Shown piece by piece: positions 1 through 9,648 of a stretch of DNA of 64,000 nucleotides. The translations under genes were made by a program, and so were the position numbers. The notes under the pieces are model-generated. The model did not search any database. It was not told the DNA's origin and worked only from the letters and a program-made list of their open reading frames with translations. Source of the DNA: an uncultured Candidatus Saccharibacteria bacterium (GTDB lineage: Bacteria > Patescibacteriota > Saccharimonadia > Saccharimonadales > UBA10212); the NCBI GenBank assembly GCA_964585885.1, contig CAZPFQ010000001.1, positions 67,220-131,219 on the forward strand, written 5' to 3'. Within the stretch, counting starts at the first letter, position 1; every line of letters begins with the position of its first letter.

Positions 1-173
1 AGGCTGAAAATATCTTGACCGGATGGTCCGCCGTAGGTGTTGTGGCGCAATACGGCGAATGTCGCAAATAAAGTGGCGAATAACACACAGTCCGTCATTA
101 GGTATATCCAAAATCCTAATAGCGTATTGTCTTGCTCTTGGTTCTCGGCGATTTGGACATGTGAAGAGCTCAT
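1..173 (-). CDS. cyoC: cytochrome o ubiquinol oxidase subunit III, N-terminal fragment (gene runs off the left edge)
   Basis: Not in ORF track. Minus-strand ATG at 173..171 overlaps the cyoB TGA (ATGA). Manual translation [57 protein letters not shown] resembles the conserved CyoC N-terminus. Confidence 0.8.
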   Translation of the reverse strand, partial: MSSSHVQIAENQEQDNTLLGFWIYLMTDCVLFATLFATFAVLRHNTYGGPSGQDIFS

Positions 174-2140
174 GCGTAGGTTCCACTTCTGGTCTTTTCG
201 AGCCTCGCTACCGTATCAGCTCTAAGTGTGTACTCATTTGACGTGCTAAACCCGCGGATCATTAACAGAGCTATCATTGCCAGAAGAGCCAGCAGTGACA
301 GCCAATATATGTGCCAAACGATAGCAAACCCCAGCGTAAATGCCAGAGCGGCTATCATAAGTGGTAGCGGTGAATTTTTTGGTAGCCGAATGGGTTGGTA
401 TTCAACGCTATTCGGTCGCTTTTTGAGTTTCTTCATTACCCAAAACGCATCCCTGTTTTCGCCGTTAGGTATATGCGCAAAGTTATAAAAAGGTGGCGGT
501 GATGATGTTGACCATTCTAGCGTTCGACCGTTCCATGGGTCGCCACTTAAATCCATATTGCTATGGCGGTCGCGGATACTGAAAAATACCTGCAGCATCT
601 GAAAGAATATTCCTGCGACGATTACAGCGACCCCAACAGCTGCGACAATAAATAGCTGTTGCCAGCCAAGAGAAGCGTCGTAGTGGTCGAGCCTTCTTGT
701 CGCACCCATTAAACCGAGGATGTATAGCGGCACAAAAGCCAGTAAGAATCCAATAAACCAACACCAAAAAGCATACCTGCCAAAACGCTCATTAAGCTTG
801 AATCCAAAAATTTTAGGAAACCAATAAGTTAGGCCGGCAAAAAATCCGAAAACCACGCCTCCGATAATCATTGTGTGGAAATGGGCAACCAAAAAAAGGC
901 TGTTATGCAGTTGAAAGTCTGCAGGCGGAACGGCCATGATAACCCCTGCTACACCTCCGATAGTAAAGGTTGCTACAAAAGCCATAAACCACAGCATTGG
1001 TGTTGCGAAATGGATTCGACCTCTGTACATGGTAAATAACCAGTTAAATATTTTAACTCCCGTAGGGACGGCAATAGCCATTGTCATGACGCCAAAAAAA
1101 GCATTCACGTTGGCTCCTGCCCCCATGGTAAAGAAGTGGTGTAGCCAGACTAAAAACGACAGCACAACAATAGCCCAAGTCGCCCAGACCATGGATGTAT
1201 AGCCAAACAGTGCCTTTCGTGAGAAAGTTGGCACGATCTCTGAGAATATACCAAATGCCGGCAGAATTAGGATATATACCTCCGGATGCCCCCAAGCCCA
1301 AATCAAATTCACATACATTGTGGGATTACCACCGAACATCGAAGTAAAGAAGTGCATCCCAAGGGTGCGGTCCAATGCCAGCATCGTAAGCGTCGCAGTT
1401 AAGATCGGGAAAGCAAACAATATGAGAGTCAAACTGCCAAGTACGCTCCAGCAGAACATCGGCATTTTCATTAGCTTCATTCCCGGCGCGCGCATTTTAA
1501 TTATTGTTACAAAGAAGTTGATCGCCGATAGAAGACTGCCAATACCGGCTATTTGCAAGCCCCATATCCAATAATCAACCCCTACCCCGGGACTATATGC
1601 GAGTTCGGATAGCGGCGGATAGGCCAACCAGCCGGTTGCAGCAAACTCACCACCTATGGCCAGTGAAGTGTTGATCAGCATAGCACCGGCGAAGAATAGC
1701 CAGAAACTGGTGGCATTCAGAAATGGGAAAGCAACGTCACGCGAGCCTATCTGGAGAGGCACAATAAGATTGAATAGTCCAAACATTAGGCCCATGGCCA
1801 GGAAAAAAATCATGATTGTCCCATGTGCTGTGAACACCTGCTGGAAATGTGCGGAGTCCAAGAAGCCTTGGTGATTACCTACAGCTGTTGCCTGCTGGGC
1901 TCGCATCATTACTGCGTCAATAACTCCTCGAAGACCCATGGCAACGGCCACAACTATGTACATAACGCCGATTTTTTTCGGGTCTAGGCTGGTTAGCCAT
2001 TCACGCCACAGCCAGCGCCACTTTTTCTTATAGGTCAGATAGCCGACGACGGTTAAGAAGATTAGACCCATTGAAACCACACCGCCAAGCGTGACGGGGT
2101 CAGTCGGGATAGCATTTATATTTAGCCTACCGAGCATCAA
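170..2140 (-). CDS. cyoB: cytochrome o ubiquinol oxidase subunit I (heme-copper oxidase)
   Basis: 656-aa polytopic ORF with [23 protein letters not shown] and WLHHFFTMG heme-copper oxidase subunit I motifs; lies between cyoA and cyoC with ATGA overlaps. Confidence 0.93.
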   Translation of the reverse strand: MMLGRLNINAIPTDPVTLGGVVSMGLIFLTVVGYLTYKKKWRWLWREWLTSLDPKKIGVMYIVVAVAMGLRGVIDAVMMRAQQATAVGNHQGFLDSAHFQQVFTAHGTIMIFFLAMGLMFGLFNLIVPLQIGSRDVAFPFLNATSFWLFFAGAMLINTSLAIGGEFAATGWLAYPPLSELAYSPGVGVDYWIWGLQIAGIGSLLSAINFFVTIIKMRAPGMKLMKMPMFCWSVLGSLTLILFAFPILTATLTMLALDRTLGMHFFTSMFGGNPTMYVNLIWAWGHPEVYILILPAFGIFSEIVPTFSRKALFGYTSMVWATWAIVVLSFLVWLHHFFTMGAGANVNAFFGVMTMAIAVPTGVKIFNWLFTMYRGRIHFATPMLWFMAFVATFTIGGVAGVIMAVPPADFQLHNSLFLVAHFHTMIIGGVVFGFFAGLTYWFPKIFGFKLNERFGRYAFWCWFIGFLLAFVPLYILGLMGATRRLDHYDASLGWQQLFIVAAVGVAVIVAGIFFQMLQVFFSIRDRHSNMDLSGDPWNGRTLEWSTSSPPPFYNFAHIPNGENRDAFWVMKKLKKRPNSVEYQPIRLPKNSPLPLMIAALAFTLGFAIVWHIYWLSLLALLAMIALLMIRGFSTSNEYTLRADTVARLEKTRSGTYA

Positions 2141-3033
2141 TGAGCCTCCTGGTTTATTAGCGACGGCTGCAATGCATAAGCAGGATGATTATATTTTTGG
2201 ACTACATCGCTAAACAAATTTGGCGCGGAAAGCGAATAGAAGGCAACTTCAGCAGTTCCTTGCTTTGACAGCTTCTGGTAACTTTGCGGGTCAAAAGTTG
2301 GCCATGATTGCTTTAGATTTTTGGCCCAAACCTCAAAGTCAGCTTTTGAGGTCGAATGGGCCAAAAAGTCCATTGACGCGAAGCCCTTGCCGCTAATATT
2401 AGCCGAAGAACCCCGAAAAAATCCTTTTTCGCTTGCCATAAGATGCAAATTGGTAGCCATGCCGCTCATAGCGTAAATTTGGCCGCCAAGTTTGGGTATC
2501 CAAAAAGAATTCATAGGAGCGTCAGAAGTAATTTGAAAATTTAGAGGTGTATTTTCCGGAAACTGGACATAGTTGACGCTAGCAATTTGTTGATTCGGAT
2601 AGATAAAGAGCCACTTCCATTGCAGTGCTATAACTTGGATTGTAAGCGGCGTTTTTTGATTGGTAAGCGGTTTGAATGGGTCAAGTTCGTGCGAGCTTTT
2701 CCACGTAACAGTTCCTAGGATAATAATTATCAACAGAGGAACACCCCACCAAATGCCTTCGATTAAGCGGTTATGGTCAAAGTCGGGTTGATATACGCTG
2801 TTTTTGTTGCCTTCACGGTAGCGGTAGGCAAACCAAATAAGCATAAAAAAAACCGGTATCACGACAATCATCGATAATCCAACGACTAGGAAGATAAGAT
2901 TGCGTTCCTTGCTAGCTATCGGTCCGGAGGGTGATAGAACATCGATCTGCTGAGCGTTCAAATAAATAACGATAATAACCAGTCCGAATACAGCAAGCAC
3001 TGCCAAAACCGTTGCTTTGATCTTTCTGCTCAT
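2137..3033 (-). CDS. cyoA: cytochrome o ubiquinol oxidase subunit II (quinol type, no CuA cysteines)
   Basis: 298 aa with two N-terminal TM helices; [25 protein letters not shown] block as in CyoA. The CuA site position reads [12 protein letters not shown] (no Cys), as in quinol oxidases. Confidence 0.88.
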   Translation of the reverse strand: MSRKIKATVLAVLAVFGLVIIVIYLNAQQIDVLSPSGPIASKERNLIFLVVGLSMIVVIPVFFMLIWFAYRYREGNKNSVYQPDFDHNRLIEGIWWGVPLLIIIILGTVTWKSSHELDPFKPLTNQKTPLTIQVIALQWKWLFIYPNQQIASVNYVQFPENTPLNFQITSDAPMNSFWIPKLGGQIYAMSGMATNLHLMASEKGFFRGSSANISGKGFASMDFLAHSTSKADFEVWAKNLKQSWPTFDPQSYQKLSKQGTAEVAFYSLSAPNLFSDVVQKYNHPAYALQPSLINQEAH

Positions 3034-3079
3034 GCTTAGCTATTACTATACCAAGTTAGCGCTCGTATTAAGTACTCGC

Positions 3080-4114
3080 TCAGTTACGAGCAGGCAGCTT
3101 AAGAGTGAAGGTCGAGCCAGCTCCCGGAGACGAGCGTACCTCTATAAAACCATGGTGAAGTTCGGCAATTTTTTGGGCAATCGCCAGACCCAGCCCGTAT
3201 CCGCCGGCCGCGTCACGGCTGCGAGCATCGTCGGCTCGGTAAAACCTATCGAAAATGTGAGGTAGGTCGGACTTGTTTATTCCTATCCCCTCGTCAGCAA
3301 CGCTAACTTCGGCAGTTTTGCCTCGCCGGAGCGATGAGACTATAATTTTTGAATCTTTCGAGCTGTACTTCACCGCATTATCAAGCAGGATCACCATAAG
3401 ATCGGCTAAGCTCTGCGAGTTACCATTCACCAGCACCGCGGCATCAGGCCCGGGTTTAGTAATTGTAGTTTTCTTTAGTGCGGCGGTCTTCTGCACACGC
3501 TCTACGGCGCTGTTTATAAACTTTGTAGTAGAGACCGATTCGAACTCCATCTCAGTGTCGGTTTGTGAAAGAGCCAATAATCCTTCTGCCAGAGCTTTAA
3601 GCCCTGCAACTTCTTCGAGGTTGCTTTTAATAATTTCAACTGCCTGTAATTTTGTAAGTTTAGGATTGTGAAGCGCAACTTCGTTCTCGGCTTGGATGAC
3701 TGCCAGAGGTGTACGTAGCTCGTGTGACGCGTCGGCACTAAAGCGTTTCTGCGATTCTAGTGCTTCCTCTATCGGCTTGAGAGTCCGGCGGGCGAGCCCG
3801 TAACTGACGGCCCCACCGCCTATCAGGATCAGAAGATTAAAAGCTGCTAGATTTGTCTTTAAGTGGTCGCGGTCTTCTTGCAACTGCCGAGCTCTCAATT
3901 CGGCAAATTCTTGAGCACTTTGACTGCCAAGTAGCCCCTTAAAGTAGCCGATTTGGTGCGCGGCATTCTGCTCAAGTTCATTAGAAGATACATGGTACAG
4001 AGCAAAGCTCGTGCCAATGCTTAGGACCATGATTATGACAAGATAATATGTCGTAAGTTTCAGAGCTGCCGAATGGAACATCCTAACCCTTGCCCAGTTT
4101 GTAGCCAAAACCAC
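3080..4114 (-). CDS. sensor histidine kinase (two TM helices, short periplasmic loop)
   Basis: H-box SHELRTPL, G1 DEGIGI, G2 GGYGLGLAIA. A start at the ATG at 4081 (MFHSAALK) would avoid the overlap with the response regulator stop at 4083. Confidence 0.85.
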   Translation of the reverse strand: MVLATNWARVRMFHSAALKLTTYYLVIIMVLSIGTSFALYHVSSNELEQNAAHQIGYFKGLLGSQSAQEFAELRARQLQEDRDHLKTNLAAFNLLILIGGGAVSYGLARRTLKPIEEALESQKRFSADASHELRTPLAVIQAENEVALHNPKLTKLQAVEIIKSNLEEVAGLKALAEGLLALSQTDTEMEFESVSTTKFINSAVERVQKTAALKKTTITKPGPDAAVLVNGNSQSLADLMVILLDNAVKYSSKDSKIIVSSLRRGKTAEVSVADEGIGINKSDLPHIFDRFYRADDARSRDAAGGYGLGLAIAQKIAELHHGFIEVRSSPGAGSTFTLKLPARN

Positions 4115-4763
4115 GGAGAGTGTGGATCAGCGTCGGTTTTTTGGCAAACGGCTTATCAATCTTATTTCGCAAGTAGCCTATATAGACTTCGACTGTGTTT
4201 GGCAAAATGTCGGCGTCAAAATCCCATACATGAGAGATTATATTATCCTTGGACAGCACTTGGCTCTGGTTACGCATCAAATACTCTAATAGGGCAAATT
4301 CTTTGGAGCTTAGGCTAATGACTGCTTGGCCCCTCTTTACTTCGTAGCTTAAGGTATCGAGTGTTAGATCGCCCGATTTTAAAACTGTCCCCTTATTCTC
4401 AACGGGGCGTCGCAGCAGCGCCCTTGTTCGAGCCAGTAATTCATCGAATGAGAAAGGCTTAACCAAGTAGTCATCCGCGCCGGCGTTCAGCCCGTCAACT
4501 CTGTCTGAAATCTGACTCTTAGCTGTTAATACCAAAATCGGTACGTGAATCTCTTTGCGGCGTATTTCACGGGCAATATCGAGTCCATCCATGCTGCCGG
4601 GTAACATCCGGTCGATAATCATTAGGTCATAACTTTCGCTTAAGGCCGCGCCAAGTCCACTATCCGAATCGTTTTCCACGTCTACGGCATAGCTTTCTCG
4701 TTCTAAACCTTGCTTGATAGCAGCGGCGATTTTCCGCTCATCCTCGATAATCAAAACACGCAT
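4083..4763 (-). CDS. OmpR-family response regulator
   Basis: MRVLIIEDE receiver start, LVLTAK block, C-terminal winged helix (TLRGFGYKL). Confidence 0.9.
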   Translation of the reverse strand: MRVLIIEDERKIAAAIKQGLERESYAVDVENDSDSGLGAALSESYDLMIIDRMLPGSMDGLDIAREIRRKEIHVPILVLTAKSQISDRVDGLNAGADDYLVKPFSFDELLARTRALLRRPVENKGTVLKSGDLTLDTLSYEVKRGQAVISLSSKEFALLEYLMRNQSQVLSKDNIISHVWDFDADILPNTVEVYIGYLRNKIDKPFAKKPTLIHTLRGFGYKLGKG

Positions 4764-4796
4764 AATCTAGTTAGATATTGTAGCCGAAATCTGAGA

Positions 4797-5744
4797 ATGC
4801 GCTGTAGCGGCAGACGAGCCGAGCTGATATACAATAATTATGTGAGCACTCAAAAACAAAAAGTCGTAAAAACCATAGGTATAGTTGGCGCAATCTCCTT
4901 AGCTATATATTTTGCTAAAAACCCAAGTTTCCCTACCCCTGATAAACTAATTGTTTTTTTGGTTTTTGTGTTTGCGGCGTTCGGCCAGACCGCCGAGGGC
5001 CTACGTCGTTTCGGGCCATTCATTGTGCTACTCCTCATATACGAATCATTCAGGAGCGTTGCAGACAAGCTAAATAGCCACGTAGACTACCTAACAGCGC
5101 CGCATTTCGATTCTAGGCTTTTTGGCAATCTTCCGACTGTATATTTGCAAAACTTGCTGTGGAGCGGCCATGTGCGTTGGTATGACTACCTTTTGTACCT
5201 ACCCTACTTCCTGCATTTTGTTATGCCTTTATGCCTAGGCATCATTGTCTGGAGGACCAAAGACAACATGTTCTGGCGAGTCATGAACACGTATCTCTTT
5301 GTGGCTTTTGCGGCATTTCTAACTTTTTTGCTAATACCGGCCGCGCCGCCTTGGCTAGCCGCCCAAAACCACTACATCCAGCCGATTGTGCGTGTTTCAG
5401 GGGAAGTCTGGCAAAATCTGGGTATCCACAATTTTCCGTCATTTTATAACCACATATCGCCAAACCCAGTGGCGGCCATACCGTCGCTACATGCTGCGTG
5501 GGCAACACTTCTGTTAATATTCGTCTATAAGCTCTACGGACGGCGCTGGGCGGCGCTATCGGCACTGTACCCAATCGCCATATTTTTCGGAACCATATAC
5601 GACGGAGAGCATTATTTTTTCGACGTCTTGGTAGGTATAATCTATGCCGTGGCAGGCTACCTGATAGTACCGAAATTAATGCATGGCTACTCCGAATTTC
5701 GGAACCATCGCCAGCCGCGGCCTCATAGGGTTTCTAAAAAATGA
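4797..5744 (+). CDS. PAP2-superfamily membrane protein (PAP2_3 / Aur1-Ipt1-like)
   Basis: Multi-TM ORF with PSLHAAWA and GEHYFFDV motifs typical of PAP2-like phosphotransferases. Start uncertain: ATG 4797 or GTG 4842. The track start 4710 (TTG) overlaps the divergent regulator. Confidence 0.6.
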   Translation: MRCSGRRAELIYNNYVSTQKQKVVKTIGIVGAISLAIYFAKNPSFPTPDKLIVFLVFVFAAFGQTAEGLRRFGPFIVLLLIYESFRSVADKLNSHVDYLTAPHFDSRLFGNLPTVYLQNLLWSGHVRWYDYLLYLPYFLHFVMPLCLGIIVWRTKDNMFWRVMNTYLFVAFAAFLTFLLIPAAPPWLAAQNHYIQPIVRVSGEVWQNLGIHNFPSFYNHISPNPVAAIPSLHAAWATLLLIFVYKLYGRRWAALSALYPIAIFFGTIYDGEHYFFDVLVGIIYAVAGYLIVPKLMHGYSEFRNHRQPRPHRVSKK

Positions 5745-6565
5745 GCAAATCTGTAAAAAAGAAATCAACTCCAAGTCTTCCGAAACGCAAACTTCTAATT
5801 ATTTCTCTACTGATTATCTTGGGAATTTTGGAGCTAGCGTTGATTGCCTGGAAACTTGGTCAACCTAAACAGGCCTCGCCGCAATCATCAACCTCGATTC
5901 CTCAACGAACCGCTTCTGCTAACAAGCCGATACCAATCGAGTACCCCAATAATGAGGCGTCGAGCTTGTGGGTGGTCGTCAATAAAGGGCGAGTACTGCC
6001 AAGTACTTATGCTCCGACCCCCCTGGTTGTGCCAAATATCCCGCTCAATTTGAGCCCCTCAGTCGAATGGATGCATATGCGAAAGGACGCGGCAAAGGCG
6101 CTAGAAGAGATGGCGACGTCCGCGGCCAAACAAGGCGTGTATTTACGCCTTGGCAGTGGGTACCGTTCTTATGTCACGCAACAAGCTACCTACTCATCAG
6201 AAGTTAAGGCTTATGGCCAAGCGGTCGCAGATTCTGAGAGTGCGCGGCCGGGGCATAGCGAGCATCAGACGGGCCTGGCAGCCGATATTATACCGAACGA
6301 CCGCAGCTGCGCATTCAGTGGTTGCTTTGCATCGACGGCCGAGGGGCTATGGCTCGCCAAGAATGCCTCAAAATATGGTTTTATAATTCGTTATCCAAAA
6401 GACAAACAAAGCTTAACCGGCTTTGTTTACGAACCCTGGCATATTAGATATATAGGCAAGGATCTCTCGGCTGTAATTGCTAAAAAAGGGATTATTCTGG
6501 AGCAGTACTTTGGCCTCGCGACCTCCGTGTCTTATCCAGCGAGTGATACTCTGTTAAAGCAGTAG
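5741..6565 (+). CDS. D-alanyl-D-alanine carboxypeptidase, peptidase M15B (VanY-like), membrane anchored
   Basis: SGYRSY, SEHQTGLAADI and EPWHIRYIG motifs; N-terminal TM helix; ATGA overlap with the upstream gene. Confidence 0.85.
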   Translation: MSKSVKKKSTPSLPKRKLLIISLLIILGILELALIAWKLGQPKQASPQSSTSIPQRTASANKPIPIEYPNNEASSLWVVVNKGRVLPSTYAPTPLVVPNIPLNLSPSVEWMHMRKDAAKALEEMATSAAKQGVYLRLGSGYRSYVTQQATYSSEVKAYGQAVADSESARPGHSEHQTGLAADIIPNDRSCAFSGCFASTAEGLWLAKNASKYGFIIRYPKDKQSLTGFVYEPWHIRYIGKDLSAVIAKKGIILEQYFGLATSVSYPASDTLLKQ

Positions 6566-6567
6566 AC

Positions 6568-7716
6568 TTAGATTTTTTGCGATTTTCTGTGCCAGCGCTT
6601 GCCTAGTTTTTTCAAAACGCCGGCACGGGGGTCTGAATTTGCCGGCGTAATAGCTTCGGTTTGGCGGTGGACCTCCAAGAAAACTTGAAGCGTGGTTATT
6701 AGAACTATCATCAGCACCGGCCCAACGATAATGCCCAGGAAACCAAATAGATATATTCCAGAAAATACCGCCAATATCATTAGTGCCGGGTCGAGCCGGG
6801 CATGCGACGATACCAGCCTTGGCCGCATAACATTGTCGATATTCGTCACAATAAGCAAGTGGTTGGCTATTACCACAACTCCCTGCCACACATTGCCGGT
6901 CAATATTAGGCCGATACCTATGGGTATAGTTACTATCCCTGCCCCCAATGGTATTACAGACAGTACAGTTAGAAGTATCTCAAAGAAGAAAAATAAATTA
7001 CCGAAGCCAACCAGAGCCAGCACAATTGCACTCTCGGTACCTTGCAAGAAGGCAATAATAAATTGGCCGCGGACGGTAGATTTGGTCATAGCACCAATGC
7101 GCTGAAGATATAAATTGCCTATCTCATCGCCCAAGGGATTCAGTTGCCTGATAACCGTTATTATTTTGTCTTGGCTGCGGACCATCGACATAAAGACGTA
7201 TATGTAAATAACTGCCGTTGTGATCAGTCCGAACAATCCACTCAAAGATGAGACCAGACCATTCAAAAATGATTTTCCGAAAGACTCAAAGGTCTGGATT
7301 ACCCAATCCGTCGCCTGCTGAACTGTTAGATGGTATGAACCGCCGATGCCAGCAATAAAGTTATTTACCCAATTAACAAAGCGGGTAATCAGATCGCTGG
7401 TATTGAGATCGCTGTTACTTGAGGTGAGGTTGTGTAGCAGACTCTGAATTTGCAGCGTCGTGAGTAAAATAACTACAACAAGGGGAATTATCACCACTAG
7501 CATAGACGCTATAAATGTCAGCAGAGCCGCTTGACCAGTGCTCCTCCCCTTTTTCAGAAGCCACTGGTAGAGAGGATTAAATAAGAAGGCTACTACGGCC
7601 GAGACGATAATTAACATCATATAGGGGCGTAAAAAGAGTGCCCCGATGACAACTGTGGCTACCATTAGCCAAGCTATCATACGTTTCTGATGCGAAGTTA
7701 CTTGAAGTAGAGACAT
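6568..7716 (-). CDS. AI-2E family (PerM-like) transporter
   Basis: 382-aa, roughly 8-TM ORF with a C-terminal block of AI-2E type (NIDNVMRPRLVS...GFLGIIVGPVL). Confidence 0.8.
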   Translation of the reverse strand: MSLLQVTSHQKRMIAWLMVATVVIGALFLRPYMMLIIVSAVVAFLFNPLYQWLLKKGRSTGQAALLTFIASMLVVIIPLVVVILLTTLQIQSLLHNLTSSNSDLNTSDLITRFVNWVNNFIAGIGGSYHLTVQQATDWVIQTFESFGKSFLNGLVSSLSGLFGLITTAVIYIYVFMSMVRSQDKIITVIRQLNPLGDEIGNLYLQRIGAMTKSTVRGQFIIAFLQGTESAIVLALVGFGNLFFFFEILLTVLSVIPLGAGIVTIPIGIGLILTGNVWQGVVVIANHLLIVTNIDNVMRPRLVSSHARLDPALMILAVFSGIYLFGFLGIIVGPVLMIVLITTLQVFLEVHRQTEAITPANSDPRAGVLKKLGKRWHRKSQKI

Positions 7717-7733
7717 AGGTGTAATTTTATGTT

Positions 7734-7762
7734 ATTTTACTATAATATTCAGTATTTGTAAA
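7734..7762 (-). promoter_or_regulatory. sigma70-like promoter, TTTACA-17-TAAAAT
   Basis: Read on the minus strand in the 50-nt gap upstream of the AI-2E gene; 17 nt from the -10 to the ATG, with no Shine-Dalgarno. Confidence 0.45.
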
Positions 7763-7766
7763 GAGC

Positions 7767-8468
7767 TCATCCCTTTATAAGTATGCCAAAAGCTCCCTTG
7801 GCGGCCAGAAATATACCGATTATTAATAAGCCGTAATTGATTAACTTGGTAGTATCCTTAGACATCCACCCATCTATGCGTTTTTCGACAGCTACCAAGC
7901 TCTCGTGTTTAAATTCATGATAATAAACGATCATGGCAATCGGCATAAGACCGATTATAATTACCCAAGCTATTGCTGCAAAAGAAACCAACAGACTCCA
8001 CGAATTCGTAACTAGTGCCTTTGCCAGTAGCAGAATTACAAACAAGTTTGTCAGGCTTAGGGCTGTTTTCACGAATGAAAATATAAACAGAGGCAAAGGT
8101 TTATCGGGAGCATTTTCAATCTTGAAAGTTTTCGGAGAGGGCAGTGGCCCAACTCGGATGTAACGCTTAGCGACGTAAATGATAAGTAGTAACCCAGCTG
8201 CGAGGTCAATAAGCGGCGGGATAGAAATGCTATCTGATAGTTGCCTTAGGCTCACTGAGCCCTCAGGATCCATAACCAGCCCGGCGATAAATAATATTGC
8301 TAAAAGTGAGGATACGAACCCGCCTGCCAAAATTAAAGAATTTAAGATAGGGCGCCGCGTTTTTAACACCAGCAATATGTCCACGACTATAAGCATTGGG
8401 TTGAAAGCAACCAACAGCCCAAGCAAAGTTAGAAGTAGCAGATAGCCAAGAACTGCGATTATCTCCAT
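7767..8468 (-). CDS. hypothetical polytopic membrane protein (weak GAP/SfLAP-like N-terminus)
   Basis: About 6 TM helices. Track start 8474 is TTG; ATG at 8468 (MEIIAVLGYLL) is preferred. No catalytic motif recognised. Confidence 0.6.
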   Translation of the reverse strand: MEIIAVLGYLLLLTLLGLLVAFNPMLIVVDILLVLKTRRPILNSLILAGGFVSSLLAILFIAGLVMDPEGSVSLRQLSDSISIPPLIDLAAGLLLIIYVAKRYIRVGPLPSPKTFKIENAPDKPLPLFIFSFVKTALSLTNLFVILLLAKALVTNSWSLLVSFAAIAWVIIIGLMPIAMIVYYHEFKHESLVAVEKRIDGWMSKDTTKLINYGLLIIGIFLAAKGAFGILIKG

Positions 8469-8475
8469 TATCAAA

Positions 8476-8504
8476 ACAATATTCCCCTAGCCGTTTTTTG
8501 GCAA
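8476..8504 (-). promoter_or_regulatory. sigma70-like promoter, TTGCCA-17-TATTGT, leaderless geometry
   Basis: The -10 ends 7 nt before the ATG at 8468; no Shine-Dalgarno. Confidence 0.4.
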
Positions 8505-8550
8505 TCAGACTTTTAGTCGCTTTTGGGTACTAACTCAGTAAATGTAGTCA

Positions 8551-8624
8551 TGGCTCCGGGACTTGGGTTCGAACCAAGATTGCTGGGACCAAAACCCAGT
8601 GTCCTACCATTAGACGATCCCGGA
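8551..8624 (-). tRNA. tRNA-Gln (anticodon TTG), CCA encoded
   Basis: Manual cloverleaf: acceptor TCCGGGA/TCCCGGA, anticodon stem CTGGG/CCCAG, loop TTTTGGT, T-loop TTCGAAC. Confidence 0.9.
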
Positions 8625-8658
8625 CCGTCCAGCCAATTGTAGCAAATCGCCCATCTGT

Positions 8659-8687
8659 TTTACAGGGGCGGATTTCTATCGTATAAT
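8659..8687 (+). promoter_or_regulatory. sigma70-like promoter, TTTACA-17-TATAAT
   Basis: Near-consensus hexamers; the -10 ends 12 nt before the ATG at 8700, with no Shine-Dalgarno in between. Confidence 0.55.
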
Positions 8688-8699
8688 CTAAAATCAGAT

Positions 8700-9629
8700 A
8701 TGGCAAAGACCGCTAAAAGTGCGACAGAGCACATTCTGCCGCTATATATGAATGGACTTTCGGGCAGAATGATTAAACTGCCCGCTCCTCACGGTAAAAA
8801 GCGTGAGATGCTGCTGATTGCGGGACATCATACAAGCCTGGAACGCATCGGAGGATTAGCCGAGTTTCTAAACCGTTACGGCAGTGTAACTTCCCCAGAC
8901 TTACCGGGGTTTGGCGGCATGGATTCGTTTTATAAAATCGGCGAAAAACCGACCATGGATAACTACGCCGACTATCTTGCGTCTTTCATGAAGTTTAGAT
9001 ACAAGAATCGACGAGTTACCATCATAGCCGTGAGTTTCGGCTTTAGCGTGGTCACCCGAATGCTACAGAAAAACCCTCAGATAGCCCAAAGGACAGACTT
9101 GCTGGTCAGCCTGTCTGGCTATGTTCACAAAGACGATTTCCGTTGGAAAAAAGTAAATATAATACTACTTGGCGGACTAGCGAAGTTGCTATCACTCCGG
9201 TTGCCCGCCTACCTAACGAAAATCCTAATTATCAGAGAACCGGTAATTAGATTACTTTATAAGATTGCACAGTCTCGACATCCTAAACTAAAAGACTCCG
9301 ACCAAATTTCTCGCCAAGAAGCCATAGATTTTGAAATAAATCTATGGAAAATTAATGATTTGAGGACGTATGGCTATGTCGGCTCTAAAGGGTTTAACTT
9401 GGTCCTACCGAGGACACACGTCGACATTGGCGTCCACCACGTATCAGTCGACGACGACCATTACTTTGATAAGGTACGCGTCGAACAACATATGCGCCAG
9501 ATTTTTCGCACTTTCGAACTTATAGCTACAAAGCTGCCCTCACATGCTCCCACTGTCTTGTCTTCGCCTAAAGATGTAGCGCCATTTGTACCGCCGAGAG
9601 TCCGAACATTGCTACGCAGGAGAGTCTGA
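8700..9629 (+). CDS. alpha/beta-hydrolase fold protein
   Basis: LLIAGHH...PDLPGFGG oxyanion-region pattern and AVSFG nucleophile elbow (GxSxG variant). Confidence 0.7.
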   Translation: MAKTAKSATEHILPLYMNGLSGRMIKLPAPHGKKREMLLIAGHHTSLERIGGLAEFLNRYGSVTSPDLPGFGGMDSFYKIGEKPTMDNYADYLASFMKFRYKNRRVTIIAVSFGFSVVTRMLQKNPQIAQRTDLLVSLSGYVHKDDFRWKKVNIILLGGLAKLLSLRLPAYLTKILIIREPVIRLLYKIAQSRHPKLKDSDQISRQEAIDFEINLWKINDLRTYGYVGSKGFNLVLPRTHVDIGVHHVSVDDDHYFDKVRVEQHMRQIFRTFELIATKLPSHAPTVLSSPKDVAPFVPPRVRTLLRRRV

Positions 9630-9648
9630 TTAACGTATACTGAAGCCT

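Noticed and set aside
2841-2848. A8/T8 homopolymer runs inside coding regions (cyoA near 2841, dcd near 25266, rplA near 26101, rluD near 33023, trpS near 34515); considered as phase-variation or slippage tracts.
   Set aside because: All are in-frame Lys-Lys(-Lys) or Phe-Phe codon runs in intact genes, most of them essential. Nothing suggests switching.
4710-4796. TTG start at 4710 for the PAP2-like gene, and likewise the 61056 start for rpoC and the 11958 start for the second AI-2E gene.
   Set aside because: These longest-ORF starts overlap the neighbouring gene. Downstream ATGs remove the overlaps and fit the conserved N-termini better.
6618-6647. 8-bp inverted repeat CGCCGGCA...TGCCGGCG near the convergent VanY / AI-2E gene ends; considered as a bidirectional terminator.
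   Set aside because: It lies inside the AI-2E coding region, about 50 nt before its stop. No U-tract follows it on the plus strand, and the loop is 14 nt.
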